From NCBI RefSeq assembly GCF_009914755.1, contig NC_060943.1: 64,000 bases of DNA; one strand, given 5' to 3'. The notes below the pieces were generated by a model. That model saw nothing but the letters and a program-made list of their open reading frames with translations. It did not search any database and was not told the DNA's origin. Shown piece after piece: positions 35,149 to 55,100 of this stretch (positions are counted from its first letter, which is position 1; every line of letters begins with the position of its first letter). This DNA comes from the human T2T-CHM13v2.0 reference genome, Homo sapiens. The translations under genes were made by a program, and so were the position numbers.

Positions 35149-35305
35149 TTGTTTTGTTTTGTTTTTTCAGTCTTTTTTTTTTCTTTTTTCTTTTCTTTAC
35201 TTTTCTTTTATTATACTTTAAGTTTTAGGAAATGATGAGTTCACGTCCTTTTTAGGGACATGGACGAAGCTGGAAACCATCATTCTCAGCAAACTGTCGC
35301 AAGGA
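35149..35305 (-). mobile_element. Tiny 5'-inverted L1PA insertion
   Basis: Poly-T plus 'ttattatactttaagttttagg' joined to an opposite-orientation L1 3'UTR piece. TSD CAAATACAGCTTTT (35135-35148 and 35306-35319). Confidence 0.85.
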
Positions 35306-38300
35306 CAAATACAGCTTTTGAGTGCTTGCTATTTTTCTCATTTAACCTTAAGTGTGCTATAAATATAAAATGCATCTCATGTCTTCTAAGACTTAGTATG
35401 AAAAAAGAACGCCATGTATCTCATTAATAATTTTTATTCTGATTAAATGTTCCAATGATACCCTTTTTGATATATAGGATTCAAGAAAATATATTATTGG
35501 TGTTAATTTCCCAAATGTTTCCTACTCTGTTTACACATGGTTACCTGAAAACTATAAGACACAAACACGGCCCGTGTTTACAGACCACATTGTGTTTCCA
35601 TTGGACAGTGCTATGCTAGAGACACAGCACTGAAAGAAGGTGCTACTTGTGGAGTTTGTATATCAGTGCAGAAAGTATTTATGATAGAAAATAAATGAAC
35701 AAACAAATAAGAAAAGCATCTGGTGACATAGGCTGGACCTGGGGCAGCTGTTTTGCAAATGGGTTAAGAGAATACCTCTGAGGACAAGATATTTAAGCTA
35801 AAATATAAATATTCAGAAAGAGCCAGGTGTGGAAAACTCCAGAGGAAGATCATAGTAGGCAGAAGGAAGAGAGAAAGCAAAAGCCCTGAAATGGCAAGAA
35901 GCTGGCATGGTCAGGGAATCAAGGAGTCCACCATGGGTCCAGCACAGTGTGTCAGGTGAGAGTGCAGAGATGAGGTCTGGGGATACACAAGACAAATCTC
36001 AGGGTGCTTGAGAAGTGTGAGTTAGAAATGTGGAAGCCATAGAAGAGTGCTGAGAAGAATAACATCATTGTCTTATTTTTCCTTTTGAAATATAATTTGT
36101 CTGTGTCTGGATTTTAGCAGAGGGAATAGCAGGACCAGGAACAAACTATCTGCAAAGTTTGTACAAATATCCAAGCCTGACAGGGCCATGGACATGGGTA
36201 GTGGAGATGGAGATGGCTCTGGCTGTGCATTCAGCATGTTCTGTAGATATAATCAATAGGACTTGGATTGTATTGGGTGGTAAGGAAAATGAAAGGTGAG
36301 TTCTACATTTAGAGCTTTAATAACTGAATATTTAAACTCCAAATAGATACAGAATATTGGAAGAATGGCAGGTTTGGGAGGAAGGGACAAGCAACAGTTT
36401 AGTTTGGGCAATGTTGGGTTTGGAGTGTCTATGGGACTGCAGGGGAGATATCAAGAAGTCAATTGGTTATATGAGACTAGAGCTCCTGGGGAGGCCAGTG
36501 CTAATAATTCAGATGAGAGGATAGCATGGTACTTTAAGCTGTGATACTGAATGATATCACCTATAGAATGTGGGACACCCTAAATTTAGAGACATTTAGA
36601 GCAGAAAACTGGACTGAAAAGAGGTGGCCAATTGAGCTGTAAAGACAACCAAGAGTGGATTGTGTGTACATCTTATCATCTTATGATATGGAAAAAAAAT
36701 GTGTTTGAAGTAGGAGAAAGAGATCCAGTGGTTCCTATGTCACTGGAACATCAGGATAAAAACTGAGAAAGGTCCACTGGATTTGGCAGTCTGGAGGTCA
36801 TGTGTATCCTTAGGAGAGTGCATTAGCTGGAGTGCTAAGGACTAAAGTCAATATAGAATGGATTCAGCAGAATAGGTGAGGTGAGAAAAAAAAAGCAAGC
36901 AATTAGAGACAACCATTTCTAAAGTTTGGCTAGGAATTCTCTTTACAGAAAACACTTCTCTTAAAGAAATAGGGTTGAAGCTTGGAAAGAAATATGGGCC
37001 AAGATTGGTTTCTTTTTAAAGGGAAGGGATAGGATAATGGTTACTTGGTAACAAGAAGGATCTAGTAGAAATCAAATCTTGAGGGTTTCTTTTTAGCAGA
37101 AAGCAGAAGGACAAATACCATTTCTTGGGAAGACGAGAGACAGTGGGATGGAAAGCAAATGTAAAGAGGGAAGTCACTGGGAAAAAGAAGTCTTTATTCA
37201 CAATAGCAAGGGCACGTAAATTGAGGGTTAGGAAAGAAAAGGCTAAAAAATGCACATCTAATTGTTACAGTTTTCTCATTAAAATTCAGCCAAGGCCATC
37301 AGCTGAGAGTGGAATAGTAGAGGAAGTTGGTTAGTTTGAGGAGAAAGCAGAAGGGCTGAATGTTATTTTAATGCATCAGAAATCACACGTGCTGGAGAAG
37401 CACAGATGCTAACAAGGAAGTGCCGAGTTTCCATTATAGATTACATTCCAATCTGTAATCATACATCCAGTTGTACCTCTCAATAATTGTGACATTGAAC
37501 AAGTCACTTCCCCTCTCTGAGCCATGGTTTCCTATGGATTATACAAGAACAATATTTGTCCCAGAGCAAGGATGTTGTAATTAGAAATAATAAAATACAC
37601 ATTGGTTGATACACATTGGGATTGCACCAAATAGCAGCCCTCATAATCAGTACAGGTATCATCTCTGGTCCACGGTTCTCTTCTCCACTTTGTAACTAGG
37701 GTGGATCCAAAATTTTACAACATTGTCTTGTTGGCCTGTCCCCACCTGTCACTGCACATTGTTGGAATGTGTCAACATTTCCAAATGACTTAGAGATTAT
37801 TGATACATCATACTGTCTGAATGTCTTCTAGGATATTTGGAGAGTGGTAGAGAAAATCTGAGTCTGTTGAGGAACTAGGGAATGGGAGAGGGTTAACCAT
37901 ACAATTCTGTTGAAATCAGTCTGATTGAGCTCCAACTCTGGTTCTACCCCTTTCTGACTGGGGGCTTTAAATAATTAATGTAACCAATATAAGTCAACTT
38001 CCTCATGTGTACAATGGTTATACTAATTAAAACTAAGGTTAGTCAATATTCACCGTGTCTCAAGGTGTGCTCAGTGCTCACACAGATTAACACGTCTCAT
38101 CTGCAGAGGCTGTGAGAGCAGTTGTTAGGGTTAAAGGAGAAGCTCTTGGCATGTGAGTAATGTTCATAAGTAGTAGCCACTATTGCTATGAGCATTGTTC
38201 TTGTCCTGACCTTGAGCTTCAAAAGGCACGACCCAGGATTGAGCCCCATGACACAGCACACAGCCTGGTGAGGACCAGAAGTTCCCATTTGTCACAGACA

Positions 38301-40039
38301 CTCAGTCTAGCCTAGAAGATTTCCATGTCCAGTCTCACTTAATCCTCACCTGAAAGTTAGACTTCACCACAAAACTGTCCTTGTTCTGCAGAGGAGAAAA
38401 CTGAGGCTCAAAGAGATATCACTGACCAAGAACCCATATTGGCAAGGTGCCAACGATAAGAGTAGCGATCTAACTGACCCCAAAGCCCAGTGTTCTTTAC
38501 TCTGTAACAGTGATGCTCAACTGGGGGGAGTTTTGCCTCCCACGGGACCTTTGACAATGTCTATAGACACTTTCAGTTGTCACTCCTGAAGGGGGAGTTG
38601 CTACTAGCATCGGTGGATAGAGGCCAGGGGTGTTGCTAAATATCCTACTGTGCACAGAACAGTCCCCCACAACAAAGAATTACACAGCCCCAATTGTCTG
38701 TAGTGCCAACGTTGAGAAACCTTGAGCTACATTAAACAATGTCCCATGAAAGACCTCAGTGAAAGTGACTGGTAATGACAGGAAGAAAAGAAGGAAGAGA
38801 GAAAGGGAAAGGAGGAAAAAACCATGATACTAGGGTATGACCACATGCTGGAAATATCTGGGGAACTCCTTTCAAATGCAGCATTTTAGAGTTGCAACGG
38901 TAGTGGCTCTAAAGTTGCTCATCCTGAATTTCAAATCTTGCTGCCTCCACTGACCGGCTGGACATGATGCTGAAAAAAAAAAACCTACAAAAACCCCAAG
39001 GCCATGAATTCCCTCTGGTACAAAAAGGGGTAATGATGGCTGCCCACAATGTTATTATGAGTATTATTTGTGAACAAGTGCTGTATAATTGCTGTTACTT
39101 TTAGAGAGGCTGGATATCCCAAGGTAGGAAGAGTCTCTAATTTTCCTGGCCATAAAAATCACTGTAGCTTTTACACAGAGAGATTCTAGAGTTGGGTTCA
39201 TGAATATGCATTTTAACAAATACCTTGGATGTTTCTGATACAGCCCACAGACCACAGTATAAGCAAATTTGGTCAAGTGGCAAAGACACAAGGGACACAG
39301 AGACCTTTGGGTTGAGTTGGATGCAACAGCTTCCCATGTGACCTGGTGCAGAGGCAGGGACTGTAATTTTGTGATTCTGTTTCTTAAAAGCAAGGAAATA
39401 GATCCCAGAAAGATGCCAGGATATCCTCCCATAGTGTTATTGCCCAGAATTTAGTCATGTTTCCACCAATAAAGCAATCCCTTGCAAAGCAAAAGGAATT
39501 CTAGTTAGAACAAATTAGAAAATCAAGATATGCCCGCAAAGATGGAGGAGGGATACCTTCCCCCAAAAGAGTGAGTAACTGAACAAAATTGCGATTTGAT
39601 TTGCAGAGAAGAAATGAGGAACAGTTATTTGTGGGGGGAGGGGGCATCACCAGCAATATCTGTCAGAATTGTTGCATAGAGAAAGGGCTTAGAAGTCAGA
39701 CTAAGCTAGATTAAAGATCTTTGTCTACTGTTTCCTACTTAAGTGACCAGCAGATTTCACAATTGCTCTCAACATTGAGTCATTCCTGTGGAAACTACAA
39801 ACAATGAATATTACAGAGCTACTATGCAGACCAAACTACAACCCATATGTAGCAATTAACACAGTGAATAGTCTCTGATAAGAACCCTACAAATACTAGC
39901 TAAATATTCATGCTCATTCTGTTTATCCCACAGACCTTGAAGATATACAACGGATGCTAAGTAGGGACAATGAAAAGCAGACGGGAGAAAGTAAATATAG
40001 GGCCCTCTTTGTTGACTTCATCTAGCACAGAATCTATAG

Positions 40040-40180
<141 letters not shown>

Positions 40181-40942
40181 TAAGTAGCTGGAGTTACAGG
40201 CTCTTGCCACCACACCTGGCTAATTTTTGCATTTTTAGTAGAGATGGAGTTTCACCATGTTGGCCAGGCCAGTCTCCAACTCCTGATCTCAAGTGATCCA
40301 CTCTCCTCAACCTCCTAAAGTGCTGGGGTTACAGGCATGAGTCACCACGCCCGGCCTATAGCATGTAATATATGTCTATATATTACAAGTAATGGTTCAA
40401 AATCCTCTTCAGCTAACTCAATCCAAACCCTAAAACTTCAAATTAAATATCAACTAAAAAATAGGTCAAGGGTCCTCACAGTGGGAGGGACAGGAGCTGG
40501 GAGACTGGGAGAGCATGGGGCCGAAAGAAGTTGCAGAGCTTGCCAGCATGTTTGCATTGAGTGATGGAGGCCACAGATGTGAACCTTCTGACTCTGAGTC
40601 TTGTGCCTTCCTCACGAAGCTGAAGCTGCCTATGCTCAATTTTCCATTGTCCATACACTCTCAGTTCAGTATTTCCGCTGGTGGACAGAGCCCTTTAATC
40701 CTCTTGGTAATCAGCTTGATAGGTGGCATGCATATTAATAATGATGGGAATATAGAGAACTATCGTTTCCCAAAGGAACTCCGAGAGAGTGCCAATTTTA
40801 TGTTATAACCATTCACAAGGCTCACTGGGGAGGGTCTGCTGGTAGGAGGAGGAGCTACAGTGGAAGTTAATGAATAGTTGTATTGTAAGATGGTGTCACA
40901 GCTGAGAAATGGCCATTGCTGAAATGTTTCAGGTGTGGGAAG

Positions 40943-42004
40943 ATGGAAACCAACTTCTCCATTCCTCTGAATGAAACTGAGGAGGTGCTCCCTGAGCCTG
41001 CTGGCCACACCGTTCTGTGGATCTTCTCATTGCTAGTCCACGGAGTCACCTTTGTCTTCGGGGTCCTGGGCAATGGGCTTGTGATCTGGGTGGCTGGATT
41101 CCGGATGACACGCACAGTCAACACCATCTGTTACCTGAACCTGGCCCTAGCTGACTTCTCTTTCAGTGCCATCCTACCATTCCGAATGGTCTCAGTCGCC
41201 ATGAGAGAAAAATGGCCTTTTGGCTCATTCCTATGTAAGTTAGTTCATGTTATGATAGACATCAACCTGTTTGTCAGTGTCTACCTGATCACCATCATTG
41301 CTCTGGACCGCTGTATTTGTGTCCTGCATCCAGCCTGGGCCCAGAACCATCGCACCATGAGTCTGGCCAAGAGGGTGATGACGGGACTCTGGATTTTCAC
41401 CATAGTCCTTACCTTACCAAATTTCATCTTCTGGACTACAATAAGTACTACGAATGGGGACACATACTGTATTTTCAACTTTGCATTCTGGGGTGACACT
41501 GCTGTAGAGAGGTTGAACGTGTTCATTACCATGGCCAAGGTCTTTCTGATCCTCCACTTCATTATTGGCTTCAGCGTGCCTATGTCCATCATCACAGTCT
41601 GCTATGGGATCATCGCTGCCAAAATTCACAGAAACCACATGATTAAATCCAGCCGTCCCTTACGTGTCTTCGCTGCTGTGGTGGCTTCTTTCTTCATCTG
41701 TTGGTTCCCTTATGAACTAATTGGCATTCTAATGGCAGTCTGGCTCAAAGAGATGTTGTTAAATGGCAAATACAAAATCATTCTTGTCCTGATTAACCCA
41801 ACAAGCTCCTTGGCCTTTTTTAACAGCTGCCTCAACCCAATTCTCTACGTCTTTATGGGTCGTAACTTCCAAGAAAGACTGATTCGCTCTTTGCCCACTA
41901 GTTTGGAGAGGGCCCTGACTGAGGTCCCTGACTCAGCCCAGACCAGCAACACAGACACCACTTCTGCTTCACCTCCTGAGGAGACGGAGTTACAAGCAAT
42001 GTGA
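40943..42004 (+). CDS. FPR3: Formyl peptide receptor 3 (FPRL2), class A GPCR, 353 aa, intronless CDS
   Basis: ORF METNFSIPLNETEEVLPEPAGHTVLWIFSLL...EETELQAM* with GN (TM1), LALAD (TM2), DRC (TM3), CWFPY (TM6) and NPILY (TM7) motifs. True ATG at 40943 follows acceptor tttcAG|gtgtgggaagATG (exon starts 40933). Confidence 0.98.
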   Translation: METNFSIPLNETEEVLPEPAGHTVLWIFSLLVHGVTFVFGVLGNGLVIWVAGFRMTRTVNTICYLNLALADFSFSAILPFRMVSVAMREKWPFGSFLCKLVHVMIDINLFVSVYLITIIALDRCICVLHPAWAQNHRTMSLAKRVMTGLWIFTIVLTLPNFIFWTTISTTNGDTYCIFNFAFWGDTAVERLNVFITMAKVFLILHFIIGFSVPMSIITVCYGIIAAKIHRNHMIKSSRPLRVFAAVVASFFICWFPYELIGILMAVWLKEMLLNGKYKIILVLINPTSSLAFFNSCLNPILYVFMGRNFQERLIRSLPTSLERALTEVPDSAQTSNTDTTSASPPEETELQAM

Positions 42005-43390
42005 GGTCGGGGATATTTTTGGGCTCTGTCTCTTTCTACCCTGCGTTAAGCGGAAAAAAAAAATTCTGACAGTGTTTTTCTTCCTCTTTCATACCACCAC
42101 CACCACAATCATCAACATAAAGGAAGTCTGTACCAAATCTGTAGGGGGTTTTTCCCACAACCAAGCAATAGACACCAGCTGGGTGTCCTACAATTAAATT
42201 CCAACACTATCTACCTGGAGCTACTGTCAGATCCCACAGGTTTAAGGGCTCATTCCCCAAGTCTGCTCCTCCAGTTGAGACACAAGTCACAAATCCAGGC
42301 TTCTGAAACTTCGGACCAACCAGCTTCAATCAGGGTTCCCACTACCCCCTCTTTGGGGGTAGAGTGGCTCATGGAACTCAGAGAAACATTTATTTCGGCT
42401 TGCTGGTTTATTATAAAAGCAAGGTTTATTATAAAAGATACTACAAAGGATACAGATGAAGAGGCACATAGGGCAAGGTACGGGGTTCCACGCCCTCCCT
42501 GAGTGCATCACCCTCTGGGAACCTCCGTGTGTTCACGTCTCATGAAGCTCTCCAAATCCAGTCCTCTTGGGTTTTTATGGAAGCTTCATGATGTCAGCAT
42601 TCTTTCCTCCAGTGTATAGGATGGGATCCTCTCTGGGGAGGGTCTTAAGACCCACAATTAGAAAGGCAAGGGAAGATTAGAGTCCTGCTTTGGGGTAGAT
42701 GAAAGGAAAGGAGAGAGATTCTGTTTCCTGAGGCTTAATACACCCAACATTATAACAAAGGACTGTAGCAAGGGCTATGGGAGTTCTGAAGCAGAAACCA
42801 TGGGCTAAAACCAACATACATCTTAATACCAGATACCCTAATCCCAGTCCTAACTTCATTTAACCTTGGTCACATTGAGTCATTCCAGGATGAGTGGCTC
42901 AAGTATTTCCTCAGGGAAAATACTTCTGTGCCCCCTGATTTGAGGGTAAGAAGTAGATAATGAGGCCACTGTGGGTGTTATTTTTTCATGTCTGGACCTC
43001 AGCCTATATCCTGAGACTAAGTGGAAGTGGGAAAAGAGTACAAGAGAAGAGACAAAGTGGGGATATTTGTAAGGCTTAGATGAGATAGTGTTTTTTTAGA
43101 AAAAAACTTTATCTTACCATTAAGTAAAATGTTTGCCATAGGCTTTCTGGGGCTTTCTCTTTTTAAAGTCAGACTGTTGAAGGTTTCTTCTATTCTTATT
43201 TGTTAAGAGTTTTCTTTTATTGTTTAAATCATGAATGAATGTTGAATTTTATTAAATGCAGTTTCTGTAAATATTAACGTGATCATATTATTTTTATTCT
43301 TTCATTTACATAATTATAAATTAGATTAAGTTTTCAATGTTAAGCTACCCTTGCATTTATGAAATAAACCACGCTTGCTCATGATGGTTT
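42005..43390 (+). other. FPR3: FPR3 3'UTR, candidate poly(A) signals ATTAAA (43251) and AATAAA (43363)
   Basis: Follows the stop codon and contains an LTR insertion. AATAAA is at 43363-43368. The end coordinate is inferred. Confidence 0.65.
42042..42833 (-). mobile_element. MER21-family LTR inserted in the FPR3 3'UTR
   Basis: 5-bp TSD TACCC (42037-42041 and 42834-42838). Empty site in the pseudogene remnant at ~19585. Confidence 0.8.
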
Positions 43391-43767
43391 TTGAACATTT
43401 ATAATCTGTCTCACAGATTTGTTTAGAATTTCTGTATTTATGTTTATGTAGAGATGGCTCTGTTATTTCACTTTTCTCTACTGTCCTTGTTAGCTTTTAC
43501 ATAAAACTTAGTTTTCCTGAAAGGAGTTTGGAAGTGATTTTCTGATTCTATCCTCGGGTATTATATCTTTGTTAAACATTTAGAAAAATTTGCTAGTGAA
43601 GCCAACTGGATCTTGGGTTTGCTTTTTGGGAAGGCTTTTAAATATAGGTTCGATTTCTTTAACAATTATTAGACCTGGCAGTTTTCTTTTTCACATTGTT
43701 CACTTTTGGTAAACTGTGATTTTCAAATTCAAGGAATTTGGCCATTTCATCCCAATTACCAAACTTT

Positions 43768-44547
43768 TGTAATCACCCAGTGGGTTCTCCCTGCCTGCTG
43801 CACAGACAAAACCAGTTTACTGAGACTGTAGTATTGCAGTAAAGAAAGATGCAGTATTGCAGTAAACATGATGCTGGCCACATGGATGAACTGGAGTTAT
43901 CAGTCAAATCAGTTTCCCTCAAGGCTGAGAGATTATGGTTTTTCAAAGATAGTTTGGTGGGCAGGAGACTAGGGAATGGGTGCTGCTGACTGGTTGGGAA
44001 GGCAATCATAGGAGAGTGGAAAGTGGTCCTCAAGCACTGAGTCTGCCTTGGAGTGAGGGGGTCACAGGACCACTTGAGTCATAAGTCATGAGCCCTGGTA
44101 AGGTCAGTCAGTTGCTAGAATGCAAGTCTGAAAAACATCTCAAAAGACTAATCCTAGGTTCTACAATAGAGGTGTTACCTATAGAAGTGATTGGGGAAGT
44201 CACAAATCTTGGTCTTTACTGCCCAGGTGTCTCTGGCCACATGACGTCTGGCAATAAAGGATTATAGAAACTATAATCCTACATTTTAGCAGAATTCAGA
44301 CTCCTTGAATAATCCTAATCTTAGGGCCTTTCATTACTTTTCAGTCTCAGAGCAAGAAGGGTGTTAGTTAGGGAAGGCCTACTATCATCCTTGCTTCCAT
44401 GTTAAACTATAAACTAAATTCTTCCCCAGTTATCTTAGCCTACAACCAGGAGTGAACAAAGACAGATAACCTTTGAGGCTAGAGGCAGGAAGGAGTCAGC
44501 CACGTTAGATTTCTCTCACTGTCAAAATTTTTGCAAATGTGGTTTCA
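43768..44547 (-). mobile_element. LTR8-family solo LTR
   Basis: Reverse complement starts TGAAACCACATTTGCAAAA and ends GATTACA. Confidence 0.8.
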
Positions 44548-45240
44548 CTTATTGGCATGAGACAGTATAATAACTGTATGGTACTTGATATGTTTCTTTC
44601 AAGTAATGAGAATGTAAGCTATCTGAGGGCAGGTATTTTGGTCTATATTGTTTGCTGATGGATCCCAATCCCCTGCAAATAAGATAGTGTCTGATATGTG
44701 ATAGGCACTCAATAAATGTTTATGGCATTGATAAACAATAATATCACTTAATGTCCAGTCAAAATTATCTCCAGCCCTCATAATATGAATCAGGTCAGGT
44801 CTAGTAAATTCCCATCCTCATGTCCACAGTATTTGTAAATTCCCAGCTGGCTTACATTTTCATGAACATTTCTGATTTTGAGTTTCTGCTTAAGTAAACT
44901 ACTCTGGTTAACCATTGCCTAAAGACTTCATATTTAAATAAATAACTCATAACTCAGCCCTTTACCTTGCTTTCTGCACATAAACACTCAGAAATTGTCA
45001 ATTCTGTATTGTGAACATACTTTCCTGATGCACTGGCAAAAGACACCACTCAACATGAATATCAGGCAATCCTGTTATCAGTGTTCTCACTCACCCCACT
45101 GCTTTACTCATTTTCTTCTCCTTTTCCCTTCTGTCTCTCCTAAAGTTATTTGCATTTCCAAGGCAGAGCACTTTGCGCATTTCATTTGCACGTTTGACTC
45201 CTATAAATGCTTTAGAGTTCCCAGGAGGTGTATATTCTTA

Positions 45241-45655
<415 letters not shown>

Positions 45656-45884
45656 TTAAGAGACTTCCTCCACTGCCAGGACAGGGGATTCTTACTATTC
45701 CTTCCCACTGGCCTTGGTTAATTGCAGTAGAACAGTGCCTGCTACATCCTCTCCATTTTTCTTTTCCTCTTTAGGAGTTTTCATTGTGGAGTCTCAATTC
45801 CCATTGCATTATGATATATTGTGGGTTCAGGAAACTGAGATTTTTTTTTTAAAGTTATGGGACAGTTACCACAAAGAAATACTT

Positions 45885-47140
45885 CCCAATGTATGTCCAT
45901 GTGGATGGCTCACTAACTTCCTGTATCAGGCCTGGTCGGTCTGGGACAGCACTACTGCTTGCTGGTTTTAGATTTTTTGTTGCTTTGTGCAACTTAGTAC
46001 TGCTGTTGTCAGGTGTTGCCTTGGGGACTCTCCAGAAACTCTGGTGAATATAGACAGCTCTCTGAGCCTTCAGGCTCCCCTGCAGCTCCTGGAGGGCAGG
46101 TTTCATTGTAATGAGGATGTTTCGCTATGAACAGTAGTCACTCTTTCTCTAATCAGGCCCCTGGTGACAGGCCACTACTTGAGGGCACGTTGTCCCTTGA
46201 GCTATATATGCTGCTCTTGTTACATGGGGTCTTGGTAGTAGTCTGGCCTGTACTGGGTATAAGTTGCAAAGTCCTGGTCTCCAGCCAGAGTGAGCTGGCC
46301 AGTATGGTGAAACTCTATGTCCATCTCTGCCAGGGTCCAACCTGGCCGAATGACAGATGAAAAATGCACTCTGAGACTGATATCCAGTGAAAAAGCAGGC
46401 TAGGGGACTGGGCAGCTCACAGACACCGAGGAGGGAGCTGTAAAGAGTCAGTAGCCACAGCCCCGACAAGCTGGCACTGTGGGCATTTATTCAGTACAGA
46501 TTTAATGACAAAGGCCTGGAGTCAACACGTCTTGTGGGTAATTAACATTGTCACCCCCCACCCCCCAAGACAGCAGTCCTGTGCACAGATGATTAAATAC
46601 CAGGTTCCGAGGCCTAAGTAAACTAACTTATCTAGATCAATTCCTTTACACTTCCTTGTTATCCATTCTGAGAAAATTCAGCTGCCTTCAGCCAAATCCT
46701 CTTCTGAAGCTATGCAAATCCCAGGCCTTCCAAGAAGGTTTGCATCCTTTTCCTATAATTTATCTTACAACTTTTCCCACCATCCTGACCGATCTCCTAC
46801 ACATCTCACTGATGAGAGAGCCACAGGATACCAGGCTCCTGGGTAGCAGCAATTCCCTCATAGTGAAGTCAGAAAAGATGATAAAATGCTGGGCTTCAGT
46901 GTGTTGATAAAGGAGAGCCAGGATGAAAGGATCAAGTCACCTAAGCCTAACCTGTAATATGGCAACTGCACAAGTCCCCTTGGCAATTTTCAAGAGCAAG
47001 TGCTGCTGAGGCCAGTGCCTCCTTGGTTGCTGCATTCCTTCCTGCTATCACTCCTTGTCCCCACTAGCCACTCAGAGGTCAAGTGGGGCACCTTCAAAAG
47101 GGAAACAACTGCCCACAAGGCCAGTGCAAATGGAGCTCAC
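45885..47140 (-). pseudogene. Second, shorter copy of the same retrocopy-like sequence, split by LTR22
   Basis: Aligns to 16692-17506, for example 'tgctgctgaggccagtgcctccttggttgctgcattcctt' is present in both. Confidence 0.6.
46328..46801 (-). mobile_element. LTR22-type solo LTR (HERV-K HML-5)
   Basis: Reverse complement starts TGTAGGAGATCGGTCAGGATGGTGGGAAAA. TSD CATCTC (46322-46327 and 46802-46807). Empty site at ~17170. Confidence 0.8.
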
Positions 47141-48440
47141 CCCCAGATGTTTTTAGTAACAATTTGTAAAGTCAAAACAACAGGGTGCCAAACCCAAGGT
47201 CATCTAGATTTTCTCCTGTTATCTTCTAGGAGTTTTATAATTTTGTCTTTTACATTTAGGTCTGTGATCCATTTTGAGTCCTATTTATCTGGTGGAAACC
47301 TGACTGACATAGCATATGCTTCTAGTGTTTAAAAAAAAAAAAAAAACAGAGGAAAGATGAAGCATTAACTAATATAAATTAGTAGAAATTGAGTGGAAGA
47401 AATGAAAATAGTCTCTCTGTCTACTTTATCATGCCATTTTCTTTTTGTGTTTTTGCCATCAGCATATACATCTGTTCTCTAATCTACTAACTGAAAACAT
47501 AAAAACCTTTTGTACCACACGCGTCCTCCTGAACTTTACAACAAATTTCTCTGCTCTCCTTGACAGCAAACTCAAGGGTCACTTCCAGTTTCTTTCTCTA
47601 CTTCCTCATTTCACATTTTCTCCAGAACTCATTCTAAATGGGTTCATGTCCTGATTACTGCAGTGGGACTACTCTTATCAAGGACAACAGTGACATCCAT
47701 TGCCATGTTACTGCACTGCAGGTTCAGACATTTGGTGCTTGCCTATGAATCCAATGGAGTAAATCTAAGTCATATATGCTTATCTGATAATGATGGGAAT
47801 CTTAGGCCCCTAAGCATATATGACTCAGTTGTCCACACCCTTTTATTTTAAAATATATAATTCTCTTGGTGACATCACACTTGTTTGGTTTTCTTCCTAC
47901 CTCAGTGATTTATCTTTCTCAATCTCCTTGACTGGCTCTTTTCTGACTTTTAAATGTTGGTGTACCCGAGGGCTCAATTCTAGACCCCCCTCATCTATTT
48001 GCATCAATGCAGTCATCCTAGGTAATGTGTTCCTATAACTTGAAATCCCATCTGTACATAAATGACTCCCCCTAAACATCCATCATAATCCACAACTTCT
48101 CTTCAGGACTCCAGACTGGTATCTACCTCCCTCCTCTGCATTTCCACTTGAAAACCTATGGGGCATCATCAAAGTAAAACTATCAATTTGATTCCCCCTG
48201 AAACAGTTGCTTGACAAATCTTCTACATTTCTTCCAAATTTAGGAAAAGTCATCACACTCTACCAAATGTCTTAAGTCCCAAATATAAGTAATTATTGAT
48301 TCTTTATTTTATTTATTTATTTTTTATGAGATGGAGTCTCACTCTGTTGTCCAGGCTGGAGTGCTGTGGTGCGATCTTCACTCACCGCAACCTCTGCCTC
48401 CAAGGTTCAAGCAATTATCCTGCTTCAGCCTCCTAAGTAG

Positions 48441-48707
<267 letters not shown>

Positions 48708-49505
48708 TGACTTCAAACCATCATCATCCGGACCACTACAATAGTTTCCTAATCTTTCTGCATTCACTCTTGCTCTACAGCAATCAGTTATTTACACAGC
48801 AGCCAAAGTTTTTTTTTTCTAATATAAACATGATCGTGCCCATCTCTTGATTAACACCCTCCAATAGCTTCCCATCATGCTAATAATAAAAACATCTGAA
48901 TCCACTATCTGACTCCCAAAGCCTCATATTATCTGGCTTTTGCCTGTCCTTCTGATGGTCTTCCTCAACAGTTTTTCTTTCATCGATTATGTTAGTAATT
49001 ACACTAGTAATATCTTTATTTCTCAAACATACCAAATCATTCTTGTCTCAGAATCTTTGTACTAACTGTTGTCCTGCTTGGAATATTCTTCCTCTTGAAC
49101 TTTCATGTGACCAGTTCATGTAATTCTAATCTCAGTTTAAACATAACCTCCTCAGAACATTTTTTTCTGAGTCCCTAAGATAACGTAGCCTCTCAGGCTC
49201 TCTCCAGTCTAGTTCAGCAAATATTTTAGTTCTTTTCATAGCACTTGTTGTAGCTTTTTGTCAATCACAAAATCACCTCCCTTCTCTCATTCTTTGCTGG
49301 TCTGAGAGCCTTTGACGCCTCTGTTTTTCTTCATCTATTGTAGCAGCCTCCACATTCATCTGTCATTTTTCAGTGAGAAAGAGAGTGGGTATCCAGAAAA
49401 TGAGGTCTGAACCATATACAGCAGAGTTTGTTAAGCCTGAGGTAGACACCTGGTAGCCATTAAAAGATACAGAGCAATGTGATGATCTGCTCTATTTTTT
49501 TTTAA

Positions 49506-55100
<5,595 letters not shown>

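Noticed and set aside
40916-40942. N-terminally extended 362-aa FPR3
   Set aside because: The ORF-track start is a TTG upstream of the splice acceptor (40931-40932), so it is intronic.
41281-41638. Antisense ORFs overlapping FPR3
   Set aside because: Shadow frames of a real CDS with no recognisable domain.
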